Source: Campylobacterota bacterium
GTDB taxonomy: Bacteria > Campylobacterota > Campylobacteria > Campylobacterales > Arcobacteraceae
Direction of reading: 5' to 3'
Assembly: GCA_051746405.1 (NCBI GenBank)
Contig: JBNJFB010000057.1
Coordinates: 1 to 13,705 of the forward strand
DNA: 13,705 nt
Position 1 is the stretch's first letter; every line of letters begins with the position of its first letter. This document shows, in pieces, positions 1 through 6,736 of this stretch. The position numbers and the translations under genes were made by a program. The notes under the pieces were generated by a model. That model saw only the letters and a program-made list of their open reading frames with translations, made no database searches and was not told the origin of the DNA.

Positions 1-748
1 TATATGCAAAGTCGCCTGAAGCATCATAATGCCCACAAGTTAGCATTAAAGAGTTGATTCTTTTTGCTTTTGAATCATTTATTAAAAGTTCATTTGTAAA
101 AGGGTTTATCCCATGATTTGTTAAAAAAAGCATTGATTTTGCTAATTGATTTGTATTCATCATTATTGAACACTGTTGAAAATAGGTCTCCATAACTTTA
201 TTAGTAGGGTTTTTTATATTTTTGAAACTTTTCATTAGATTTATTAAAGCTAGATTTCTATAAGCAGTTTTCTGTTCGGATTTATAAATCTCATTATCAA
301 TAAACAAACTAGAATCATCTGAAACTTTTTTTACAAAATCTAAAATATAATTAAAAGTCGCTGATTTATACTTTGAAATAAGAGCATCGGTGGTTACTAT
401 AGCTCCTGCGTTTATAAAAGGGTTTCTTGGGATAGCATTTTCATACTCTAATTGAACCAATGAATTAAAAGGGTCACCTGATGGTTCATGTCCAACTCTT
501 TTATATAACTCTTTATTATAGTTTTTTAAAGCTAAAGCAAATGTAAATACTTTTGAGATACTTTGAATTGAAAATAGTTTCTTATAAGAGCCCACATTAT
601 ACTCATTTAAATCTAAATCAATAATACTCATAGCAAAATCATCACCTCTTACTTTTTCTAAAGCGGGGATATAATCAGCCACATTACCTTTTTTTAGGTA
701 AGGTTTTATCTCTTTATTTATATCTTCTAAAATCTCTTGATAGTTCAT
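1..748 (-). CDS. glsA: Glutaminase (3' end runs off the window)
   Basis: Not in the ORF track. Manual translation from ATG at 748 gives MNYQEILEDINKEIKPYLKKGNVADYIPAL...FSIQSISKVF...VGHEPSGDPFNSLVQLEYENAIPRNPFINAGA...LMLTCGHYDASGDFAY. These are the glutaminase motifs (SxxK in SISK, EPSG, NPFINAGA). An AAGGTG RBS-like sequence lies upstream. Confidence 0.95.
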   Translation of the reverse strand, partial: MNYQEILEDINKEIKPYLKKGNVADYIPALEKVRGDDFAMSIIDLDLNEYNVGSYKKLFSIQSISKVFTFALALKNYNKELYKRVGHEPSGDPFNSLVQLEYENAIPRNPFINAGAIVTTDALISKYKSATFNYILDFVKKVSDDSSLFIDNEIYKSEQKTAYRNLALINLMKSFKNIKNPTNKVMETYFQQCSIMMNTNQLAKSMLFLTNHGINPFTNELLINDSKAKRINSLMLTCGHYDASGDFAY

Positions 749-771
749 TTTACACCTTTAAAATTTGAAAT

Positions 772-780
772 ATTATAACA
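772..780 (-). promoter_or_regulatory. Putative extended -10 (TGTTATAAT) for glsA
   Basis: TGnTATAAT on the minus strand about 24 nt upstream of the glsA ATG. Confidence 0.55.
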
Positions 781-861
781 AACAAAGGCAATTAAAAGAT
801 AAGCAATGTTACTAAATTGCAATATTTTAAATTTAAAGTGGATATATAAGCAAAATTTTAG

Positions 862-867
862 TATAAT
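862..867 (+). promoter_or_regulatory. Putative -10 box (TATAAT) for typA
   Basis: Consensus TATAAT 66 nt upstream of the typA ATG in an AT-rich intergenic region. Confidence 0.45.
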
Positions 868-933
868 CGCGATAACAAGTTAGGAATGACAAGCTTATAT
901 TAAAAAATTCCAAAATTATTACAAAGAGATTAA

Positions 934-2748
934 ATGAGAGAAATTAGAAACATTGCCGTTATTGCACACGTAGACCATGGAAAAACTACATTAGTAGATG
1001 AACTTTTAAAACAATCTGGAACATTCGATGAGCATCAAGCAATTGATGATAGAGTAATGGACAATAATGATATTGAAAAGGAAAGAGGTATTACAATTCT
1101 TTCTAAAAATACAGCTATTGACTATGAAGGTGTAAGAATTAACATCATTGATACTCCAGGCCATGCTGACTTTGGTGGAGAAGTTGAGAGGGTTCTAAAG
1201 ATGGTTGATTCTGTACTTTTACTAGTTGATGCCCAAGAGGGTGTTATGCCTCAAACAAAATTTGTTGTAAAGAAAACTTTACAATTAGGACATAGGCCAA
1301 TTGTAGTTATAAACAAAATCGATAAGCCAGCAGGTGATCCTGATAGAGTTGTTGATGAAGTATTTGACCTGTTTGCTGATATGGATGCAAATGAAGATCA
1401 ACTAGAGTTTCCTGTGATATATGCAGCTGCAAAAGATGGCTATGCAATGATTAATTTAGAAGATGAGAAAAAAGATGTAAAACCACTTTTAAATACTATC
1501 TTAGAAGAGGTTCCAAAACCAAAAGGTAGTGAAGAAAATGGACTACAACTTCAAGTATTTACACTAGATTATGATAATTTTATTGGGAAAATTGGTATTG
1601 CAAGAATATTTAATGGAACTATTTCTAAAGGTGAGACAGTTACACTTGTAAAAGCAGATGGCGAGCAAGTAAAAGGTAGAGTAACTAAACTTATTGGGTT
1701 CAAAGGTTTAGAAAAAATTGAAATTGAAAAAGCAGGTGCCGGTGATATTGTAGCTGTTGCTGGATTTGAAACTATTGATGTGGGTGATTCACTATGTGAC
1801 CCAAGTAACCCAATGCCACTTGACCCTATGCATATCGAAGAGCCTACACTTTCTGTAACTTTTGCTGTAAATGATTCACCACTAGCAGGAACTGAGGGTA
1901 AACACGTAACATCAAATAAAATTGATGAGAGATTAGCAGCTGAAATGAATACTAATATTGCTATGAATTATGAGCAAACAGGTGAGGGTAAATTTAAAGT
2001 AAACGGAAGAGGTGAACTTCAAATTACTATTTTAGCTGAAAATATGAGAAGAGAAGGTTTTGAGTTCTCTATTGGAAGACCTGAAGTAATTACAAAAGAA
2101 GAAGATGGTGTTATGATGGAGCCATTTGAGCATTTAGTAATTGATACACCAGATGATTATTCAGGAACAGTTATAGAAAAGCTTGGAAAAAGAAAAGCTA
2201 ATATGACAAATATGACCCCAATGGGTTCAGGTTCTACAAGATTAGAGTTTGAAATACCAGCTAGAGGTTTAATAGGTATTAGAACAGAGTTTTTAACTGA
2301 CACAAAAGGTGAGGGTGTTATGAACCACTCATTCTTAGAGTTTAGACCACATAGTGGAGTAGTTGAAAGCAGAAAGCATGGAGCATTAGTCTCTATGGAA
2401 AATGGTGAAGCATTAGGATACTCTATTTTTAACTTACAAGATAGAGGTACTATGTATATAAAACCTCAAGATAAAGTATATGCAGGAATGGTAATAGGTG
2501 AGCATTCAAAATCAAATGATTTAGATGTAAACCCTATAAAAGGAAAAGCACTTACAAACGTAAGAGCATCGGGTGCTGATGATGCTATTAAACTTGTACC
2601 ACCAAGAGAGATGTCTTTAGAAAATGCCCTAGAGTGGATTGAAGATGATGAGTTAGTAGAAGTAACACCACAAAGTATTAGAGTAAGAAAAAGAGACTTA
2701 GACCCAACAGTAAGAAAAAGAGCAGCAAAAAAAGTAAAATACTCTTAA
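934..2748 (+). CDS. typA: Ribosome-associated translational GTPase TypA/BipA
   Basis: 604 aa. Motifs [41 protein letters not shown] and NKID, plus the BipA C-terminal [10 protein letters not shown] and DDELVEVTP. Confidence 0.98.
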   Translation: MREIRNIAVIAHVDHGKTTLVDELLKQSGTFDEHQAIDDRVMDNNDIEKERGITILSKNTAIDYEGVRINIIDTPGHADFGGEVERVLKMVDSVLLLVDAQEGVMPQTKFVVKKTLQLGHRPIVVINKIDKPAGDPDRVVDEVFDLFADMDANEDQLEFPVIYAAAKDGYAMINLEDEKKDVKPLLNTILEEVPKPKGSEENGLQLQVFTLDYDNFIGKIGIARIFNGTISKGETVTLVKADGEQVKGRVTKLIGFKGLEKIEIEKAGAGDIVAVAGFETIDVGDSLCDPSNPMPLDPMHIEEPTLSVTFAVNDSPLAGTEGKHVTSNKIDERLAAEMNTNIAMNYEQTGEGKFKVNGRGELQITILAENMRREGFEFSIGRPEVITKEEDGVMMEPFEHLVIDTPDDYSGTVIEKLGKRKANMTNMTPMGSGSTRLEFEIPARGLIGIRTEFLTDTKGEGVMNHSFLEFRPHSGVVESRKHGALVSMENGEALGYSIFNLQDRGTMYIKPQDKVYAGMVIGEHSKSNDLDVNPIKGKALTNVRASGADDAIKLVPPREMSLENALEWIEDDELVEVTPQSIRVRKRDLDPTVRKRAAKKVKYS

Positions 2749-2768
2749 TATTACTACATAAAATTAAG

Positions 2769-2802
2769 AAAAAAGGGAAGCTATTAAAGCTTCCCTTTTT
2801 TT
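2769..2802 (+). terminator. Rho-independent terminator of typA (could act in both directions)
   Basis: AAAAAA-GGGAAGCT-ATTAA-AGCTTCCC-TTTTTTT: a perfect 8-bp stem with A and T tracts, 20 nt after the stop. Confidence 0.9.
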
Positions 2803-2813
2803 ATGCATAATCC

Positions 2814-2838
2814 AACTTGATAGATATAGTATAAAGTT
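2814..2838. promoter_or_regulatory. HAIR-like inverted repeat (putative HspR operator)
   Basis: AACTTGATA-N7-TATAAAGTT (8/9 symmetric). It keeps the CTT-N15-AAG frame of the HAIR consensus CTTGAGT-N7-ACTCAAG and lies upstream of a heat-shock gene. Confidence 0.55.
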
Positions 2839-2848
2839 TTTTATAAAA

Positions 2849-2875
2849 TTAGCACTTTATATTGACAAGTGCTAA
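2849..2875. promoter_or_regulatory. CIRCE element (HrcA operator)
   Basis: TTAGCACTT-TATATTGAC-AAGTGCTAA: a perfect 9-bp inverted repeat with a 9-nt spacer, matching TTAGCACTC-N9-GAGTGCTAA at 8/9 per arm. It overlaps the -35. Confidence 0.92.
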
Positions 2876-2890
2876 AAAAGTTGCTATAAT
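2862..2890 (+). promoter_or_regulatory. Housekeeping-sigma promoter of hsp20
   Basis: TTGACA (2862-2867), a 17-nt spacer, and TATAAT (2885-2890) preceded by TGC (extended -10). Confidence 0.88.
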
Positions 2891-2951
2891 TTTAACGAAG
2901 CTATAAAAAAGTAGCTTAATAAAATTAAAACATTTATAAAAGGAGTCCAAA

Positions 2952-3371
2952 ATGCTATTAACAAGATTTGACCCATTTAAAACATTTAATGAATTAGAAA
3001 GAAACTATTTCAACTACCCAACAAATAATAATGAAGGAATAAATGCTTTTATTCCAGTAGTAAATACAAGAGAGGGTGAGTATGCATATCATATTGATGT
3101 GGATTTACCAGGAGTAAAAAAAGAGGGAATAAAAGTGGATATTAGTAAAAATATCTTAACAATCTCAGGTGAAAGAAAAACAAAAGATGAGGTTAAAGAA
3201 GAAGATTATCATAAGGTAGAAACTTCATTTGGTAAGTTTTCAAGAAGCTTTACATTACCTGAAAATGCAGACATTGAAAATATCGAAGCTTCATCAACTG
3301 ATGGTGTTTTAGAAGTTGTAATTCCAAAACAAAAAGAAGAAAATAGTAAAAAAACAATTGAAATAAAGTAA
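2952..3371 (+). CDS. Small heat-shock protein, Hsp20/alpha-crystallin family
   Basis: 139 aa with the alpha-crystallin motifs DLPGV, LTISGERK, FGKFSRSFTLP and DGVLEVVIPK. AAGGAG RBS. Confidence 0.96.
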   Translation: MLLTRFDPFKTFNELERNYFNYPTNNNEGINAFIPVVNTREGEYAYHIDVDLPGVKKEGIKVDISKNILTISGERKTKDEVKEEDYHKVETSFGKFSRSFTLPENADIENIEASSTDGVLEVVIPKQKEENSKKTIEIK

Positions 3372-3412
3372 GTATTTAAATATAATAAGAGGGATTAGTT
3401 TCTTTTTTAAGA

Positions 3413-3447
3413 AGAGCTATAGGGTTATACCTAAAGCTCTACTTTGT
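3413..3447. repeat. 35-bp palindrome-containing repeat, copy 1 (probable terminator)
   Basis: AGAGCTATAGG-GTTATA-CCTAAAGCTCT-ACTTTGT: an 11-bp stem with one mismatch. It overlaps the stop codon of the minus-strand gene and recurs at 5762-5795 and 6659-6693. Confidence 0.85.
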
Positions 3448-3798
3448 TAGCATTTCTTGAACTCTAACTTTAAACTTTTTACTATTTTGATATAATTTAG
3501 TCATTAAATTATACTTTTCTATAGTAAGCCCATTCTTTTCAATTATTTGTTTAGCTTCATTAGCAAAGTCATTGTTATACTTTTCTACTTGTTTTTTTGA
3601 TAAAGGCTGTTCCTTTTCATTTTGTTTACTCTGCATCTTTTTTTGAATATTCATCTTAGCTGTATTGATTTGCGTTGATGCATTTGTAAAGTTTTGAATC
3701 TCTTTATCACTTACTTGTGTATTTTTATTCTCTCCTGTAGTTGGATTTGCACTTAAAAATGCACAGAAAGCAATAATAGAAAATATTATTCTTAACAT
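3439..3798 (-). CDS. Exported small helical protein, DUF4168-like, copy 1
   Basis: N-terminal signal peptide MLRIIFSIIAFCAFLSA. VSDKEIQNFTNA...IIEKNGLTIEKYNLM resembles DUF4168. I prefer the ATG at 3798 to the GTG at 3804 because AAGGA lies 7 nt upstream of the ATG. Confidence 0.75.
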   Translation of the reverse strand: MLRIIFSIIAFCAFLSANPTTGENKNTQVSDKEIQNFTNASTQINTAKMNIQKKMQSKQNEKEQPLSKKQVEKYNNDFANEAKQIIEKNGLTIEKYNLMTKLYQNSKKFKVRVQEMLTK

Positions 3799-3999
3799 AG
3801 TCACGTCCTTTTTTTGAATTTCCGTATCCTAACATCAATAAGCTTATACGAAAATAAAGTTAAAAATAGACACTGACCAACTTTTGATTTGTAAATATTA
3901 TATCTTATTAGAGTATATAATATTATTAAAGTTCAAACTCACTCTATAAATGTTCAATTTGTAGAAGCTTTAAGCAATTGATACTATGTAAGTATTAAT

Positions 4000-4027
4000 A
4001 TAAGAAAGGGATTAGTCCCTTTCTTAT
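4000..4027. terminator. Hairpin terminator, copy 1
   Basis: ATAAGAAAGGGA-TTAG-TCCCTTTCTTAT, a perfect 12-bp stem. Confidence 0.75.
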
Positions 4028-4118
4028 TTATTTGATACATTTGATAGATTATACTCTTGTATTTGTTCTTTTAAATTTTCTAAATGCATGTCAATATTAT
4101 TTTCCTGACTTCATCAAA

Positions 4119-4136
4119 TGGGTCACCCAAGTTCAA
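4119..4136. repeat. 18-bp internal IS repeat, copy over the transposase stop codon
   Basis: TGGGTCACCCAAGTTCAA, identical to 5673-5690. It contains the palindrome TGGGT-C-ACCCA. Confidence 0.85.
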
Positions 4137-5658
4137 TATCAATAATATTTTGTATTTTTAATTGAATATCATTTAGTTTTAATACCTCAAATTTTTTCTT
4201 ATTTGTAAGTGGATTAATATATTCTAAACCATAAATAGTTTTAATCTCTTCAATAGCTTGTAAGACTGATATATCTTTAGCATGAAGCTTTAATAATCTC
4301 TCTAACTCTTTATACACTGTATATGCTATAAATGATATTGAAATATGTGCTTCTATTCTATGTTTTAAATAATGATGTATAGGTCTAATTTTTAAATCTG
4401 TTTTTGAAATCCTAAATGCTTTCTCTATATGCCATAAGTTTGAATAGTTTTTAATTACATCATTTGGTTTTAGTTTAGTATTGGTAATATAACCTTTAAG
4501 TCCATCCCAAAGTGCATCTTTTTCAAATTTATCATAATCAATTATAACTTCTATATCATTTTTTAAATGCAAATATTTATTATATCCTCTATTATTAATT
4601 TTATCTTTTGTAAGTTTACCTGTCTTGACTCTTTTTTCTAATCTTCTTAAACCTTTTTCCCTATTATATTTATCTTTCTTTGCTCTTTTTGAAGTATATG
4701 ATATTACTAATCTATCATTATCTTTTTTTATTGAAGATATGGAGTTCTCTTCATCTAGATTCAGTGATAAAATTTTATCTTTTGTGATATGCTTTTCATT
4801 CTTTATTCTTGCACCTAAAATGTATTCATAGTTATGAAGTTTTAATTGTTCTATATTTTTATTTGATAACAATCCAGAATCAGCTATTACAATTGGTTTT
4901 TCTAAATTAAACTTTTTTTCAAACTTTTGTAATATCGGAATAAATGTATTACCTTCATACGTATTCCCCTCATAAATATCATATCCTATTGGATATCCCA
5001 TCTCTCCAACTAAAAGTCCAAGCATTATCTGTGGGCTTTGAAATTTACCATCTTTACTAAATCCAATTCGTCTTAAATCATCCTCATCTTCATTTTCAAA
5101 GTATAGTGTTGTAACATCATAAAATAAAACAGTGATTTCACCTAATACTTTTTTTGTGTGATTAAATGCAACTTGTTCAATCTCCTCTTTATATTTTAAA
5201 TGAAACTTATCCATAAACCTATAAATTCTCATAACATCAATATCTATATTTCTGTATCGTTTTAAATACTCTATTACTTTTAATTTACTTCCTGGGTTAA
5301 TCAGTCTACTTACAACTAAATGTTTTAATATCTCTTCATCAACTATTTTATTAAACCCTATATAATCAAACAATCTTGCTATAATTAATTCAGGACCAAT
5401 ACAAATAATACTATTTGTTGATAGTTTCTTAACAAAATTATCAAATATATTCTCATCATTTTTATCTGGATATAAATCTAGTTCAGCTTGTTTTGTAAGT
5501 TCTGGTATAAGTTTTAAAGCTTCTTGATATAAAACTTCTATCTCATATTTATCTTTTGAGGAGCCTACTGTTTTTATAAGTTTATTTTTTCTATTTATTT
5601 TTTCAAGTATTTGAATACTAATGGAACCACTAGCATTTCTTTTTTTACGTATAAACAT
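4123..5658 (-). CDS. IS1634-family DDE transposase
   Basis: 511 aa with the motifs FYDVTTLYFE, GFSKDGK, IADSGL and WHIEKAFRISKTDLKIRPIHH, typical of IS1634 (IS4-like DDE) transposases. Confidence 0.92.
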   Translation of the reverse strand: MFIRKKRNASGSISIQILEKINRKNKLIKTVGSSKDKYEIEVLYQEALKLIPELTKQAELDLYPDKNDENIFDNFVKKLSTNSIICIGPELIIARLFDYIGFNKIVDEEILKHLVVSRLINPGSKLKVIEYLKRYRNIDIDVMRIYRFMDKFHLKYKEEIEQVAFNHTKKVLGEITVLFYDVTTLYFENEDEDDLRRIGFSKDGKFQSPQIMLGLLVGEMGYPIGYDIYEGNTYEGNTFIPILQKFEKKFNLEKPIVIADSGLLSNKNIEQLKLHNYEYILGARIKNEKHITKDKILSLNLDEENSISSIKKDNDRLVISYTSKRAKKDKYNREKGLRRLEKRVKTGKLTKDKINNRGYNKYLHLKNDIEVIIDYDKFEKDALWDGLKGYITNTKLKPNDVIKNYSNLWHIEKAFRISKTDLKIRPIHHYLKHRIEAHISISFIAYTVYKELERLLKLHAKDISVLQAIEEIKTIYGLEYINPLTNKKKFEVLKLNDIQLKIQNIIDIELG

Positions 5659-5663
5659 ACAAT

Positions 5664-5690
5664 ATTATACAGTGGGTCACCCAAGTTCAA
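5664..5690 (-). promoter_or_regulatory. Putative transposase promoter overlapped by the second 18-bp repeat (5673-5690)
   Basis: Minus strand reads TTGAAC-TTGGGTGACCCACTG-TATAAT-ATTGT-ATG. The -10 is at 5664-5669, only 5 nt before the ATG, and no SD is visible. Confidence 0.55.
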
Positions 5691-5786
5691 AATTAAAATG
5701 CCTTAACCATGGGTTTTAAATGAGTTTAAAAACTTGAATTTCTATAAAGTGATGAAGTCAGGAGCTATAGGGTTATACCTAAAGCT

Positions 5787-6146
5787 CTACTTTGTTAGCA
5801 TTTCTTGAACTCTAACTTTAAACTTTTTACTATTTTGATATAATTTAGTCATTAAATTATACTTTTCTATAGTAAGCCCATTCTTTTCAATTATTTGTTT
5901 AGCTTCATTAGCAAAGTCATTGTTATACTTTTCTACTTGTTTTTTTGATAAAGGCTGTTCCTTTTCATTTTGTTTACTCTGCATCTTTTTTTGAATATTC
6001 ATCTTAGCTGTATTGATTTGCGTTGATGCATTTGTAAAGTTTTGAATCTCTTTATCACTTACTTGTGTATTTTTATTCTCTCCTGTAGTTGGATTTGCAC
6101 TTAAAAATGCACAGAAAGCAATAATAGAAAATATTATTCTTAACAT
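5787..6146 (-). CDS. Exported small helical protein, DUF4168-like, copy 2
   Basis: Translation identical to copy 1. ATG at 6146 (the ORF track starts at GTG 6152). Confidence 0.75.
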   Translation of the reverse strand: MLRIIFSIIAFCAFLSANPTTGENKNTQVSDKEIQNFTNASTQINTAKMNIQKKMQSKQNEKEQPLSKKQVEKYNNDFANEAKQIIEKNGLTIEKYNLMTKLYQNSKKFKVRVQEMLTK

Positions 6147-6347
6147 AGTCACGTCCTTTTTTTGAATTTCCGTATCCTAACATCAATAAGCTTATACGAA
6201 AATAAAGTTAAAAATAGACACTGACCAACTTTTGATTTGTAAATATTATATCTTATTAGAGTATATAATATTATTAAAGTTCAAACTCACTCTATAAATG
6301 TTCAATTTGTAGAAGCTTTAAGCAATTGATACTATGTAAGTATTAAT

Positions 6348-6375
6348 ATAAGAAAGGGATTAGTCCCTTTCTTAT
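6348..6375. terminator. Hairpin terminator, copy 2
   Basis: Same 12-bp stem as 4000-4027. It overlaps the TAA of the minus-strand remnant. Confidence 0.75.
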
Positions 6376-6512
6376 TTATTTGATACATTTGATAGATTAT
6401 ACTCTTGTATTTGTTCTTTTAAATTTTCTAAATGCATGTCAATATTATTTTGAGTTACTAAGTGATTTTTATTTTTAATTTGTTCAATTATCCAATATTC
6501 TATTATACGAAG
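6372..6512 (-). pseudogene. 3' remnant of an unknown minus-strand gene
   Basis: Open frame LRIIEYWIIEQIKNKNHLVTQNNIDMHLENLKEQIQEYNLSNVSNK* ending directly at a terminator. No credible 5' end. Confidence 0.4.
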
Positions 6513-6660
6513 TTACCACTCCAATATTACAGGATATTTGAATATTGATTATAAGACTTTTGATGATATGATTGAAAAAGCAGAGAATAACTTAAGTGAG
6601 TTAAAAGATATACAAGAAAATTTCGGGAAGATTCCACCACAATATTTGAAGAAAAAATAG
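6466..6660 (+). pseudogene. 3' remnant of an unknown plus-strand gene
   Basis: 64-codon open frame ending ...GYLNIDYKTFDDMIEKAENNLSELKDIQENFGKIPPQYLKKK*. Its TAG forms the outer end of the palindrome. No credible start or RBS. Confidence 0.45.
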
Positions 6661-6693
6661 AGCTATAGGGTTATACCTAAAGCTCTACTTTGT
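6659..6693. repeat. 35-bp palindrome-containing repeat, copy 3 (outside the IS duplication)
   Basis: AGAGCTATAGGGTTATACCTAAAGCTCTACTTTGT, identical to 3413-3447. With T6658 the stem extends to TAGAGCT...AGCTCTA. Confidence 0.9.
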
Positions 6694-6721
6694 ATTTTTC
6701 CTCTTCATAATTGATATTCAT
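6677..6721 (-). pseudogene. Truncated 5' end of the gene that followed abiEii
   Basis: AAGGAG RBS overlapping the abiEii stop, then MNINYEEEKYKVEL*. The frame runs into the repeat and stops inside the palindrome. Confidence 0.4.
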
Positions 6722-6736
6722 ATATTTCATTCTCCT

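Larger units (their letters stand above)
3415..4103. repeat. 689-bp direct repeat, left copy (long target-site duplication of the IS)
   Basis: Matches 5763-6451 (offset 2348) with no difference seen by eye. It ends exactly at the IS terminal inverted repeat. Confidence 0.95.
4104..5762 (-). mobile_element. IS1634-family insertion sequence, 1659 bp, apparently intact
   Basis: Perfect 13-bp terminal IRs CCTGACTTCATCA (4104-4116) and TGATGAAGTCAGG (5750-5762), a single transposase ORF, and long flanking direct repeats. The ends are ambiguous by about 1 bp. Confidence 0.92.
5763..6451. repeat. 689-bp direct repeat, right copy
   Basis: Matches 3415-4103 and begins immediately after the IS terminal IR. 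Confidence 0.95.

Noticed and set aside
471..478. GGGTCACC in glsA matching the IS internal box
   Set aside because: It is an 8-bp match encoding the conserved G-D-P of glutaminase and is best explained by chance.
2898..2917. AAGCTA-N8-TAGCTT hairpin in the hsp20 leader as an RNA thermometer
   Set aside because: It is a weak 6-bp stem that does not pair with the Shine-Dalgarno sequence, and no ROSE or fourU motif is seen.
4625..4831. 68-aa plus-strand ORF
   Set aside because: It is antisense to the transposase, has a TTG start and a Phe/Leu/Ser-rich shadow composition.
3415..6451. Composite transposon
   Set aside because: There is only one IS, and the flanking repeats are host sequence rather than IS copies.
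3413..6693. CRISPR array or classical integron attC cassettes from the three 35-bp palindromic repeats
   Set aside because: Spacing is 0.9-2.3 kb, copy 2 is simply part of the IS duplication, there is no cas or integrase gene in the window, and there are no RYYYAAC/GTTRRRY ends.
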